Shown piece by piece: positions 23,726 through 36,154 of a DNA stretch of 64,000 bases. This DNA comes from Vicugna vicugna (taxonomy: Eukaryota). How positions within the stretch are numbered: position 1 is the stretch's first letter; every line of letters starts with the position of its first letter. The position numbers and the translations under genes were made by a program. The notes under the pieces were generated by a model. That model saw only the letters and a list, made by a program, of their open reading frames with translations, had not been told where the DNA came from and did no database searches. The stretch covers positions 848,995-912,994 of the forward strand of contig MU058645.1 in NCBI GenBank assembly GCA_013265495.1, written 5' to 3'.

Positions 23726-24814
23726 CCCCCTCTAATTCTGCTTTTCCACAAAACTCGGAAGAACTGCCTCCGCTTCCTGGCCTCATGTTCGTTCCTCAGC
23801 TTGCTCCAAACATCGTCCAGCCCTCACTCTTCCTCACACTTCAGTGTCATCGGACAAGGTGATCACCTCCTTTTTCTCAAAGCATGTTTTCCCCAGCTTC
23901 AGTTTTCTTCCCTTTCTTGGTCTTCCTCCTGCCTTTCTGGCCTTGATTTCTCCTGGGTCTTCCCACTCTTCAGACCTGCAGGGGTGGAGTTACCTGAAGC
24001 TCAGTCCTCCACCCTCCTGTGGGACCCCCAGCCTCCCACCTCATGTTAGACACAACACTGGACGTGACTCAAGCACAGGGAGCCCACAAAGGACTTCAGA
24101 GAATAGTCAGAGATGATCTAATGTACATTATAAAGCGATCACTATGCATGTGGCGCATAAAATAAAAGAGCAAATATGGGATTTGAATTAGAGGACACCA
24201 GTAAGAGTCCGACACGCGGGGTGGCAATGAGGATGGATGGAAGGAGACAAAAGGGACACACATGCAAGAATTATCAATATATTTAGAAGGTGAATCCTCA
24301 AGCATCAAGAGGAAGGGAGGAAGAGGAAGATGTCATAATGCTGAGGTTTCTGGAGGCCAGACAGATAAGGGTGCCTTTTACCGAGGTAGAAAATCCACAG
24401 GGAAGAAAGACATGAGGGGGCAAAAAACAGGCTCAGTTCTGAGCGTGATGAAGTGCTCTTAAGATACATGAGTGGAAATGTCAAGTGGGCAATTAGACAA
24501 TATGCATCTGGAATTCATAGAAGCTGCTGGAGAAATTTAAACTTAAGGGTCATTGTAATATAAATGGTGCTCAGAGATGGAAACAGTCAGGTGTAGGTAT
24601 AAGATCTTCCTCCAAGAGCAGAGCGTGAAGGAAAGGAGACCTGAGAGGCAGCACAAGATGCCGAAGCCGGTAGAAGAGGATGCACTAGAAACGCAGGCCG
24701 GAGAGAGCTCGAGGGTGGAGGGGAACTTGAAGAGCCTGGTGTCAGGGAGCCCATGGGGAGAAAGAAAAGCAAGACCAGGCCTGACAAATGCTGCTAAGAT
24801 GACGCCAAAAAGGC

Positions 24815-25530
24815 GCGAAGGCCTGAATAGACACTTCTCCAAAGACAGACGGGTAACCATCACGCACATAAAACGGTGCTCAGCCATCAGGGAAACGCAG
24901 ATAAAAGTCACAGTGAGATACCACCTCCCACCCATTAGGATGACTGTTAATAACAGCAATAACAAACCACAACATGAAAAGTGTCGGCAAGGCTGAAAAA
25001 CTGGAACTCCTGGGCACTGCCAGTGGGAATGCAGAATGGTGATGCTTCCATGGAAAACAGCATGGCCGTTCCTCAAAAAATTAAAAATGAAAAATCACCA
25101 TAGGACCCAGCAATTCTACTTCTGAGCATATACTCAAAAGAACTGAAAGTAAAGTCTTGCAAAGGAGTTTGTACGCCGTGGTCACAGAAGCATTCTTCAC
25201 GGCAGCAGAGAGGCGGAAGCCCCGGCGTACAGCAGCGGAGGGATGGACAGATAAACTGTGGTGCGGACACGCTGCGAAATATGGTTCAGCCCTAAGGAGG
25301 AGCGCAATCTAGCACATGCTAAAAATGGGTGACACTGGAGGACCTTATGCTGAACAAAATAAGCCAGTCACAAAAAAACAAAGACTGCATAATTCTATTT
25401 ATACGAGGGACCTTAAGTAGTCAAATTCATAGGGACACAAAGTAGAATGGTAGTTGCCAGGGGCTGGAGGGAGAGGGAAATGGGCCCAGAGTTTCACTAA
25501 AGCAGGAGCCGCACATTGAGCCAGAGAGAA
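24815..25530 (+). mobile_element. L1 (L1MB-like) ORF2 end and 3' UTR
   Basis: LNRHFSKD..HIKRCS.AIRETQIKVTVRYHLPPIRM (L1 ORF2 C-terminus) followed by ggaaaacagcatggc..gacccagcaattctacttct. Confidence 0.85.
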
Positions 25531-25740
25531 GGACGTGTACACCGGTGATGCTGCAGTGACACTGTCATCAGGTGGCCATGATGAAGCGGGGTAGGTGTTG
25601 TTGGGACTAAGAGGATCAAAATGCCAGGGTCCAGGCCATCGAGGGTACCCCAGGGGCACCCAGGTGTACGATGGAGCTAGGGTGGAGAAGAAGACAGCAG
25701 AACAAGTGACACAGAGTCTCCATATGTCAGGAGAGGAAGA

Positions 25741-25966
25741 AATGAAAAGAAAAAAGAAAAGAAAAGAGAAGAGAAGAGAAGAGAAGGGAAGGGAAGGGAA
25801 GGAAAGAGGAAAGGAAAGAGAAAAGGAAAGGAAAGGAAAGAAAAGGAAAGGAAAGGAAAGGAAAGGAAAGGAAAGGAAAGGAAAGGAAAGGAAAGGAAAG
25901 GGAAGGGAAGGGAAGGGAAGGGAAGGGAAGGAGGGAAGGAAGGAAGAAAGGAAGCAAGCAAGCAAG
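25741..25966. repeat. Compound purine microsatellite (GAAAA/GAGAA/GGAAA/GGGAA/GGAA/GCAA)n
   Basis: Directly visible, about 225 bp of nearly pure purine strand. Confidence 0.97.
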
Positions 25967-25989
25967 CTTATTAAATCTTTATTCATCGT

Positions 25990-26425
25990 GTTTGCTCTTA
26001 TGGATTGAATGGTATCCTCCCAAGATGCTGAAGTCCTAACCTGCAGTAACTCGGAATGTAGCCTTATTTAGAGAAGGGGTCACTGCAGATGCAGATAGCT
26101 GAGATGATGTCGTTAGAGTGGACCTCACTCCAGTGTGATCGATGTCCTAATGTGGACACAGACACACACGGGGAGACCGCCCTGTGAAAAGAAAGGTGGA
26201 GAGCAGGATGAGGCTTCCTCAAACCGGGAAACACCAGAGACGGCCACCAGCCACCAGCAGCCGAGGGACAGCCCTGGAGAGGACCTGCCCCACAGCCTCG
26301 GAAGGAACCAGCCCTGCAGATCATGGTCTCCAACCTCCAGCCTCCAAAGCTGAGGCAATGAATTTCTGGTTTTTTGAGCCATCCCGTCTGTAGGACTTTG
26401 TTACAGCAGCCCTACAAACTAACAC
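25990..26425 (+). mobile_element. MaLR LTR (MLT1C-like)
   Basis: tatggattgaatggtatcctcccaagatgctgaagtcctaacc..ggaaggaaccagccctgc..ttacagcagccctacaaactaacac. Confidence 0.8.
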
Positions 26426-26609
26426 CTTGCTTTTGTGAATTTCCAACCTAATCAGTAAAGGGTGTTTTTTGGAAGGATGGCTTGGACCTGTCTGGTCAGG
26501 TGCACTCAGTGAGTCCAAGGAATAGAAAGGCCTTGAGAAGCTTTCATCTTCTGGGCAGGTCTGGGCAGGTAGGACACTCCAGAAACAAGTAATGGCTATC
26601 CTTTGTGTG

Positions 26610-26805
26610 TTTCTTATCACAACTGTCAGGTTTACATGCATCATCTTACATAACCCTCACAGCACCATGCAAAGTTAGTATTATTTTCCAAATAAGGAAA
26701 CCTGGGCTCAGAGACATGAGGAATCTTCCCAAGACTAGACAAACATCAGCGCAGGAATTTACATCCAGGTCTGTCTGACTCCACCATCCAGTCCAAACTG
26801 CAGCC
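26610..26805 (-). mobile_element. MIR SINE
   Basis: taaccctcacagcacc..ttttccaaataaggaaacctgggctcagaga..ccaggtctgtctgactcca. Confidence 0.7.
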
Positions 26806-27294
26806 TGAGTCGCCGAGAGGCAGGTCTCCCTGCACCATCCTGGGGCCAGGGGCACTGAAATGATGTCCTCAGCCCTGTCTGTCGCTGGTTCTCGACCGTT
26901 GCTTCCTCACCCTTTTGTTAAAAAATCCTGGACCTTGGGTTAGTTCTCTCCTGCTCTGCCTCCTCTCCTTCTTGCCTGTGCCTGTCGTATTCCTCTGACC
27001 ACTGTTCCAAAGTCCCTGAAGGAGTGTGTGAGCCCCAAGGATCTGGCCGCTGCCCAATCCTGCAGTTTCTTTTTCCTTTATTTGTAACCAGCCCCTTTCC
27101 CTCTCTGTTCCCCACACACGCCCTCCTTTCTGCAGCCTCCTGGCCTTTGCACACACGGGGCCCTCCCCCCTGCTTCACTCTCACCTTTGCTGGAAGAAAG
27201 CCCCTCTGCTCTTCCAACTGTGGTTCGGATTCCACCAGACAGAGCCTCTACTTTTTCCCCCTTGTCTTCTCATTCACTCAACATTCAAAAGTCA

Positions 27295-27690
27295 GTGTCA
27301 TATGGTATTTTTTGTCCTCTGTCTGACTTACTTCACTTAGAATGACGATCTCCAAGTCCATACATGTTGCTGCAAATGGCATTATTTTATTCTTTTTTAT
27401 CCCTGAATAGTATTCTATTCATAAATATACCATCACTTCTTTCTCCAGTCATCTGTCAATGGACAATTTGGGAGTTTGAAATTTGAAAATGTTAAACACT
27501 ATATATAAAAATAGATAAAAAACAAATTTCTTCTGTACAGCACAGGGAACTATATTCAGTATCTTGTAATTACCTTTAATGAAAAAGAATATGAAAACAA
27601 ATATATGTATGTATATGCATGACTGGGACATTGTGCTGTACGACAGAAATTGACACATTGTAACTGACTGTACTTCATTTAAAAAAAATA
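27295..27690. mobile_element. 5'-inverted L1 insertion inside an L2 tail
   Basis: 27295-27472 is L1 3' region in minus orientation; 27473-27690 is the L1 terminal segment plus poly-A in plus orientation; L2 tail cattcactcaacat.. resumes after it. Confidence 0.8.
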
Positions 27691-28732
27691 GGTGGTGTCA
27701 ATTATCTTGTTCAGGCTCTGGGGTGAGGCAGTGTGTGAGACACGGTTCCTGACCCATAGAACTCATGTTCCAGTGAGACAGACTCACAGGCCCACAGTGC
27801 CTGCCCCAGAGCAGGGGGTGAACACACGGCTGTTGAATTCAATGAACTCTGCGTGTGGTGTGATATTTGACTTTATGAAGAAAACCTAGGCTCCTGGTTG
27901 TCTCATATCTGGAAGATATTGCCAGGGCATTATTCATTATGAGAAGTCTTCATAATGAGAAGGGTCACATCTAACATTCGGGTGTGCAATGAAATGGGCT
28001 TTGATCATGTGTTCAAGCTTTTCTTCTAAATTCCACACAAGGGCAGCAGGCAGGCGACGAGCCCAGTATTACCAAATTTGGGGCAGAAGCCTGAAGCTTC
28101 AGGGTCCAAAGGGATGGGTCAGGTCCACAACTGAGCAAAGGACGCCTGCTGGGGAGGGTGGTGGGTGGGGAGTCAGCCCCCCTAAAGGCCAGTCGGCTGG
28201 TTTCCAGGAGGAAACACAGGCTCGCATGGGCAGACAGACCCATACTTACAGAGAAGCCAGAAATCTGAATTTTAAAATCATATCTCCAGACACTGTTTTC
28301 ACTACTGACAAGTCCCTGCACATTAGAAGATAATTCTGGCCCGAGTTTGGCCCACGGCTGTCAGTCCAGCTTCACTGGTGGAGCACCACCACCCCTTCTT
28401 TGTTTTGTTTCACAGCTGGCCCTTCCCGCCCACCTTCGGGGGATGCTCCACTGCAGATTGTCGCTTCAGCTCATTCCCAACGTCTGAGTCTTCGGAAACA
28501 GAGAGAGGCCGGGAGCTGGACGTCACTGGTGTCCACAGGGACGCCAGGTGAGCGGCTTCACCTTGGGCCCCACACCTGGACCAGGGCCTGGCTGCGGGGA
28601 GGACGGGAGGCAGGAGGCAGAGGCGGGACGGGGGAGGGAGAGGAGGGAGGGAGTAGGAAGAAGGGAGTAGGAAGGGGGAGGGTGCGGGGGGAGGGGGCTG
28701 CTGTTCCAGGTCTGCCGTTTCCGCGGAGGTGA

Positions 28733-28977
28733 CCGCGGCTGAGCAGAAACATGGTAAATGAGGTTGACAACGGGTGAAGCGGAAAATGTCACCAGCAGAA
28801 GAGAGACACGGTGAACTTTAGTTTTGATTTAAATTAATGGGAACTCAAGGAGAGAAAATCCTTCCAGGGCTTCAAGCACAGCGCAAGGTTGCAAGTGGGG
28901 GCCCGCGAGCCGGCGTCTGCCTGCTGTGATAGCTCCACTAGCGTGCACACGCGTTTATTTGCAGAGGACGCTGGAAT
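28733..28977 (-). pseudogene. Disabled GREB1-family pseudo-exon IPASSANKRVCTLVE../PCAVLEALEGFSLL..*..LLLVTFSASPVVNLIYHV
   Basis: atgtgtctaaag| acceptor in phase 0 with the exon ending at 29603; ~LAASSCNDSVHVIECAYSLAEGLSEMFRLL; frameshift near the C-run at ~28900; TAA at 28834-28836 or 28829-28831; donor uncertain. Confidence 0.65.
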
Positions 28978-29602
28978 CTTTAGACACATAAATACTTCAA
29001 TTATAGGGATGCCACCCGGCTACCAAGCTTGGGGTTCCACTCTAACAAACTCATTTTTCCCTTTTCCATTCTTTGCGGTCACGGCCTGGAGCAGCACAGG
29101 ACCCTGAGACAATCCCAGCCAGGAAGGAGCAGCCGTGGGAAGGCAGACCTGGGGTCTGTGGGGCGGTGGGCAATCAGCAAACAGTTTTTTGAAATGTCTT
29201 AACGCGAGCAACGCACTCAAAGAGGGAGAATGCCCCAGACAACAATTAAGGGAGGGACTGCTTCCAAGGGAAACCAGCTGTAGCTTCTTAGAAACAAGGG
29301 GTGTGTGTAGGGGGGAGGGGGTCCAGGCCCTGTCCCGGCCCTGGGAGGTGGAGACACTGACCTCCTCAGATGAAGAGAAGGCAGGGGAGGGAGGAGGCGG
29401 TGGGTGGGTGGTTGGTGGTGGGGCCTTTCCACGTGCCTCTCTGCTCTCACACAAGGCTCTCTGTTCAGTGACCTACCCACACTCCTAAAAAAACAGATGC
29501 AGAAGTGAGAAACACCTGTTTGGGAGAAATCAAGCTTCCTGTTTCCTCACCATATTTATTACCCCCAGAAAATCAGGCTCAAATAATACCAACGCTAATA
29601 AC

Positions 29603-29839
29603 CTGAATTCTTGGGAAGGGAGGTGGACAGGGGAATCTGGGCATTAAGTAATGATCCAAGAAGTCCTGATCCAATAGAAAGCAAATGGATTTGAGGACAA
29701 GAGGGAGGCCGTTACTGCAGAAATGTTCTGGCACCACTTGGGATGCTGAGACAGCTGTGAGGAGAGAGCCGATTAGCATCGCCTTCAGAATCCAGAGGAG
29801 GAGAGAGGCGGATGAGGACCTGCTAGGCGAATCAGCATC
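29603..29839 (-). pseudogene. GREB1-family exon DADSPS..LKAMLIGSLLTAVSASQVVPEHF..PPPFPRIQ
   Basis: cagtctcttatttaag| acceptor, CAG|gttatt donor, 237 nt, phase 0->0, open; ~LNDVVVSPLLYTCYQNSQSVSRAY..PQPFP. Confidence 0.7.
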
Positions 29840-32145
29840 CTTAAATAAGAGACTGAAGTGTAACGGGAGCAGAAAGGATCCTAAGTGGCTCATCCAGGCT
29901 GCGCTGCAATAACGTGAGTGTTAAATATACACCAAGGGAGCTAGGGAGGGAAGGGAAAACTATAAATGAAGCCAGTATGGTCTTAGCCACTGCACGGGCA
30001 TCGTACGCGCTGACCCTCAGGTTTGCTTTGAAACAGACAAATGACAGTACTGTTTTCAAAGGTAATATGCTAGAGCGCGTTGCAGCTCTATCCGAATTCC
30101 GGAAACAGTGCCTCCGTGCGCAGGGGGTGGAGACCAGGCCTCCTCCTCTCCCCGCGGAGGGGCAGCCGGCCCCAGGGAGCACCTCTCCTCCCTGGTGAGG
30201 ACGACTTCCAGACGTTGGGCTGGGCAGCTCCAGTGCCGCCTCCTCCAGACTGCCAGCCTTCTCTGAATTTCAAAACGTATATTTGCTGCCTTTTCATGTG
30301 TAGTGTTTATTTTCCCAACCAGATCACGAGTTCTTTAAGACAGAGGAGAACCCCACCCCTCCGAACACCCTGCAGTGCAACCACCCCATCCCTCCCAGGT
30401 CCTGTTAGGTAAGAAACAGCCATTTCGATGTCTGTGAGTTACCAGGAAAGCTAGCATTTTCAGTCAGTAACAAGGACACACATGTGTACGTGTTTGAAGG
30501 GAAGACAGTATTCTGCACAGCGGATGTTGATAAAAAATAACTGTCGTGGAACCATGCTTCCCAAGGCCACTCAAGCGGGGTCTGCAAGGAGGACCATGAT
30601 GAAGAGCAGGCGTCAGGATTTCCGTTGTCCTGCTGCAGTGCCGCCCCTGCAACTGCAAGACCTCCACCCCCGCCCCAGACCCTCTGAGTCCTCCCGGGGG
30701 AAAGATTCATAAACAAGCTCTGCCAGGCCGTGAAGCACCTCCACCCACCCCTCTCCCTCCTGCAGCCACCTCCCTTGGCCCCTGGCCCCTGGCCCCTGGC
30801 CCACCGGTACCTCTCGGCAGCTGGGAGAATGTCCCACGCTGCTTCCTATTAGAGGGTGCACGTGTTCGCGCCAAGGGCGCTGCTTCTCGCTCGCTGACCG
30901 CTCTCAGTGTGGGAGCCCTGCTGGCTGAGCTGCTGACCAGGACGAGGACGAGCACAGACTGCCAGCCCTGCAGGCACCCCGCACGAGCCGGGAGCCACCT
31001 GGAAGGAAGCCTCTCTCCTGTTTGGTGCGTTAGCCTTTCAGATGGGTCCCTGCAAAGCTGCAGGTCTCCCCCACCCCAGGGAGATTTCAGGAGGCAGTCC
31101 TTGGCCGTTGCCGTTGTGTCGTGGGCTTCCCTCCACATGGGCCATGGAGCTGGGCAATGAGAAGGCAGCTGTGGAAATCACTGTGTGATTCCACGAGCAG
31201 AATCCCCTCCCCCACTCCTCCGTCACCCTCGTCCTGGCGTTTCTGCTGTTTCCCACTTTCTTGCCTTGGGGTGAACTTGTTTCCAGGGTGCTCTGCTGGT
31301 CTTCCTGTCCAGGGACCACCCATGGATCCAACAGGGTAGTCTGAACCTTTGAGTAAACATCATTTGGGTTCAAAATGAGACCCACCCACCCTATGGCTTT
31401 TCTTTCACCCTTACCAGCTTATAAGGACTATTGCTTCACTCAGTTCTCACAGGGTCCAGGGAAATCTGCGGCCTTATTTTATTCTACTTTGACAGATGAG
31501 CAAACGGAGAACCAGAGAAGTTAATTGGCCTGACCAAGTCTGCATAGCTTTAAGTGGTGAGATAACGACGTTAAGTTCAGGTCTGATTCCAGATCAGGTG
31601 CCTTTTGTACCTCAAATTTTTACTTAGTTTTGATCTCTGATAGGGAGCTACAAAACTGATGCGAACTTGTTTCCACAAAAGGGATCAGAGAAGTCAGCCA
31701 ATTTGGTTATCACGTCTCTTGTCTGTCTTTCAGTGGCACTATAACCACAATAGTGATGGTTCTCCAGAACCAGAATGGATTCCTAAGAAGCAGAGGTCCA
31801 TAGCTCAAGAACCCACATAGCGCTGAGGTCCCGTGGGATGGTCCCGTGAATGACGCCCCATCCTGGTGCTGTGGCGGGACGACGCACTGAGCGGGTTCAC
31901 AGTCCGGGAGCACAGCTTCTGCTCGTGAGGCTGAGAGGCTGCTGCACCTTCTTCCACCCTCCCTCCCCCTCCTTCCCTCACAGGTGCCACATCCAAAGCA
32001 TGTGAGAGTTTCATGTCGAATAGCATCCAGCCAGACAAGGTTTGGTCCTGGGGGTGACCCTAAGGGACTCTTTGGAGGACATTGCTGTCCCCAGATTTTA
32101 ATGTCAAAGCTCAAAGTACAGAATGGAATGGGAAGCTCCTCAAAC

Positions 32146-32279
32146 CTTTAAAACTCCACCATCATGAAGTGGTCTTTCATCTTGCGCTCCGGAAACCAAA
32201 TCTTCATGCTTTGTTTCTTCAGAGGTGTTACGTTCAAGGGACAAGGTTATGCATGGTTTGGGGTTTTGATTTTCTAAGT
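32146..32279 (-). pseudogene. Low-complexity linker exon LENQNPKPCITLSLERNTSEETKHED..
   Basis: tgattctctctgaag| acceptor, AAG|gtttga donor, phase 1->0, open, chains in frame. Confidence 0.5.
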
Positions 32280-32582
32280 CTTCAGAGAGAATCACAAGAA
32301 CGGCAGTTTTCTGTTTCCCCCATGAGATGAGACGGCCACCCCCGGTCCTGCACCCGACAGCATCTTTCCGGGTGAGACTCATCTGAGAGACGACCCAAAT
32401 GTCCAGGGATCTACATGGCAAGACAGAACCGCAGCCCGGGACCCTGGAGGTTCTCTACAGACCGAGATAGAGAACATTTAACTGATTAACTTTCAATTTA
32501 TTTTTCAGCACTAAATAAATGTTCAGTCAGGGGAAGCAATTTTCAAAATGCAATTTGCATGCACTACGGGGCTCCTACAGAC

Positions 32583-32753
32583 TTTCAGAATGAGAAGAGG
32601 TTTCGGAGTCGGCCTCGTCTGTACCCAACGTACAGGGAATTTCAGATGAACCACAGCCAGCACCAGGGCAAGATCCAGCCATAACTGACTCCTGTGCAGG
32701 TCCCCTGAGTGCCAGGGAGGCTGTCCTGTGGGGAGGAGCCCGCACCCCACAAC
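32583..32753 (-). pseudogene. Linker exon CGVRAPPHRTASLALRGP..DEADSETSSHSE
   Basis: Pyrimidine-rich acceptor ending ccaag|, weak donor gtctgt, 171 nt, phase 1->1, open. Confidence 0.5.
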
Positions 32754-33963
32754 CTTGGAAAATGGGAAATAGAGAAGGTAGCCAGCCAGGAATAAATCCA
32801 AATCAAATGGATGAGGATGGTAACAGTGATCACTTCTTGAATAGCATCCACATGCTAGACACTAGCTGAGGCTCCCAGAGGGCCCTTGAGTAGCTCTACA
32901 GGGTGGCGGGGCCGAGATCCCAGCCTGAGTCTTTGCATCATGTCCCTCGTCTTCCTTGAGGTCAAGAGCCCAGAGCCCCCGAGTAACGGCCGCTGGTACC
33001 TGGCTTCTGCCCTGTTAGCACCTTCAGGTCCAGATGAAATTTAATCAGGAAATGATGACATCCTTGCCAGTACAAAAGCAGGAGGCCGACAGAGCAGGCC
33101 TGGCAGTGACCCTCGGGTCATCCTGACTCGTCCCCTGCAGGCTACTCTGGCGACTGGCAGTGCCCACCCCCTTGGCAGCCCTGTGCCTGCAGATGCCTGG
33201 CCCCTACCCGCACACTCCAGCAAAAAGATGTCTGTTTTGCAACAAAAAATAAAAAAGAAAGAAAGAAAGAAAGAAAACATCTTCTAAAGTGCAAGCTAAG
33301 GGTCTGGAGCCTCACTGGCAAAGCTCCCATTTTAAAATTAGGTGCATTTGAAAATCTTGCACGACGTAGCCCATTAAAAGAGAGCTTTTAGTCACACTGC
33401 TTTGAAATGAATCTCCTTGTGTCCAGTGCTGTTGAGGTCAAACACAGCTGATTTAATCCTGCCTGTAGCCACGGCTGGTAAAACCTTATTAATGCCCACT
33501 CTCTTCATTTGGAAGTTGTTGGTGTATGTATACACCTAATTTGAGCAGGGCCAGAATGCCATGTGCCTTTAAACTGTCTTTGAAAAATGAATTTGCTAAG
33601 CACGCGGTATAATTAGAATGACACAGAAAATGCTCCCCGAAAATACATTCAATCAGTCTCATTGACGAATTAAAGACTTGCCTACAGACATCTGCCTCTT
33701 ATTCGTCTCTTGCTCTGCATTGTTTAAAGCAACACATAATTTAATTTCTTTATAAACGTTCGAATATAGATTTTTTTCCACTGGCTGTTTTTGTTTTTGA
33801 AATCAAATAGAGGATTTATTTCAGAAGGAAGTTGAAACAGTGATCCAAGACCGTGCTGGCAGAGCGAGGTGTCAGGAGGAAAGGGGTGATGGAGACCGGG
33901 ACACAGTGGGGGGAGGAAGGTGGACGGGGCACAGGGGCTCAGCCCCCACGCTTGGAGACTGAC

Positions 33964-34157
33964 CGCAGCACCTCGGGGAGCAGGGCTGGCTGCCCCGGTA
34001 CGTGTGGGGTATAGTCTGTTTGCGCCAGGCTGTTGGAAAATGCCCTCTGAGTCCCCTCCAGTTGATCACAGCTCCTTTCTTGGCTGTAGGTTGGATGACA
34101 TTTTCCTTAACCTTTTTAACAAACATAGGGTGAGGACCACACTGTTTGGCTGAAAGA
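33964..34157 (-). pseudogene. GREB1-family exon LSAKQCGPHPMFVKKVKENVIQPTAKKGAVINWRG..
   Basis: ttttttcttctgaaatttag| acceptor, G|gtcagt donor, phase 2->1, open; KKGAVINWRG~TKGPLICWKG. Confidence 0.7.
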
Positions 34158-34589
34158 CTAAATTTCAGAAGAAAAAAAGTGGATAGAAGGGGAATTATTT
34201 TGGAGCCTTTGGCAAACGTCACTCATCACCAGGATTCCAAAGTGCAACGTAACAAGCTCAAATTAAACCCGGGGCATCTGGGGAGACTCCGTATTTTGGA
34301 CTAAACAGCCAACTAAGCACATTTCTGTGGACCAAATGCAATTCCTTTTCCCATGGCTGCACGTGTGAGGGCCCTTTCCAGTGTCTCCAAGGGGACGGAA
34401 ATGTTCTAGGACTGGTGTCTGAAAGCTCTCGGGCGTGGAAGCATGTGCTTCCCCCAGGCTCCTCGGGGTCCCGGGGCCTCTCGCACGTGGCATCTCTGTT
34501 TTCCTTCTGAGTTGGCTCCACTCTCCCCTCACCCAGCCGGTGTCCTGAGAACTGGCAGCTTCCATGAGGGGACCCCCAGTCAGAGTCTT

Positions 34590-34930
34590 CGTCATGGGTT
34601 GAGCGTGTCTTCCCAAAACTCATATATTAAAGTCCTAACCTCCTCGCCCTGCAGCTCAGAATGTGACCTCAGTTAGAGACGGGGTCTTTAAAGAGGTCAT
34701 GAAGTTAAAATGAGGTCACTAGATCAGTGTCTTCGTCAGAAGAAAAATAATAAACAAGCAAGGAGGGAAGGCCACGTGAAGACATGGAAGAAGATGGCCG
34801 TCTACAAGCCACGGAGAGAGCCTCGGGGAAGCCAACCTGCCCACACCTTGGTCTCGGACTTCCAGCCTCCAGAATATTTCTGTTGTTTACACCACCTGGT
34901 GTGTGGTTGCTTGATCCCAGCCAGTCTGTG
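34590..34930 (+). mobile_element. MaLR LTR (MLT1A/B-like)
   Basis: gtcatgggttgagcgtgtcttcccaaaactcatatattaaagtcctaacc..agccaacctgcccacaccttggtctcggacttccagcctccagaa. Confidence 0.8.
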
Positions 34931-35344
34931 TAACATCCCGTCTGTTACAGAAGCCCCACAACCTCACAGTCTCCTGGAGTTTCTACCTCAGCCTCTCAGA
35001 ACTGGTGCAGGTGGTTCCCACAGTCCTGAGAGAGGAGGCTGATGGTTCCAGGTCCTTCTGCAAAACCTGGTCCCACAGACATAGGTCACTGCTGGCCGGG
35101 CCACCACCCATCTTTGGGCAGGAGTTTGGGTGGGAGCAGGGTTTGTGGGGACCCAGGTCCCTAGAGGACAGCCAGGGGGTGAGCAGGCACAGGACAGACA
35201 CTTCTAACACTTGGTGCCAGGAATCACTGCCAAGACTGCCTGCTTCGAGCAGGATGTGTGCTCTGTGGCTCTGGCCACCCTGCTCAGACAGGGGTAAATT
35301 TCAGGAGCTGGTACCACTTTGAGCAGAAGTGGGTCCAGAGCCTT

Positions 35345-35540
35345 GGGGGAGGAACATGGGGAATCATTGCTTAACAGGGACAGAGTTTCAGTTTGGGACG
35401 ATGAAAACATTTTGGAGACAGATGATGGGGCAGTTGCACAATCGTGACTGTACTTAATGCCACTGAACTGTACACTTAAGAATGGTTAAAATGGTAAATT
35501 TTGTTCTATGTATAATTTACCACAGTGAAAACAAATAAAC
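35345..35540 (+). mobile_element. L1MB-type 3' end
   Basis: gggaatcattgcttaacagggacagagtttcagtttggg..cactgaactgtacacttaagaatggttaaaatggtaaattt. Confidence 0.8.
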
Positions 35541-35945
35541 TGGGAAGAAGTATATGATCTAGCGGAGATGAAGCTTCCGCTCTGATGCGGGCATCACACT
35601 TAGCCAGTCATGCTGGGACAGCCTGTTCACACCACTTGTGAGAAAGCCTTAAGCCCACAGAGGGCTACCCTCCCGGTCCTAAGTGCCACCTGCTGAAGGA
35701 TGAGCACCAGGCTAAACACAAGAAGCTCCAGGCAATCAAGGGACGCCACAGGGACATGAGGCTCAAGGGACCCCTGAGATGGACTGAAGAAAACCCAGAG
35801 TGGCCACAGTCCCCACCCGCCCCATTCTGGCCCTGACCTTCTGTCTGAATCAGTCAGAACTGACGCCCGGATTCAGGCAAGGATGGGCCAACTGGCCTTC
35901 CTTGTCTCCTTGAGCTCAGGGTACCGACGCAACGCTTTCACTTAC

Positions 35946-36154
35946 ATGGAAGTTAAATATTTCCCACAATATCCTCCTCCATTGCTTTTCTGGTTTGGGA
36001 CCCTAGGAACTTTTCCACTGGGAAATTGAAATGGAACAGGAACATAGAAAAGTTGCTGCTTGTGTGATTCACTTGGAATCACAAAGATGAAGCCGCGGAA
36101 GTCTCTCCTTCGCACCCTTGGGACAGGAAAGTCTGGGAAATTGTCAAATGCGTT
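35946..36154 (-). pseudogene. GREB1-family N-terminal-domain exon NAFDNFPDFP..DFRGFIFV..QQLFYVPVPFQF..GGGYCGKYLTS
   Basis: tttctggatatctgtgcacag| acceptor, AT|gtaagt donor, 209 nt, phase 0->2, open; ~PAGFLLV..DHLLVCAVDKRF..GNCVGCGK. Confidence 0.7.

Noticed and set aside
25399..26008. Long ORFs of 137-195 aa
   Set aside because: Artefacts of the purine microsatellite.
29685..30198. Two adjacent plus-strand ORFs
   Set aside because: The first is the antisense shadow of the 29603-29839 exon; there is no splice or homology support for either.
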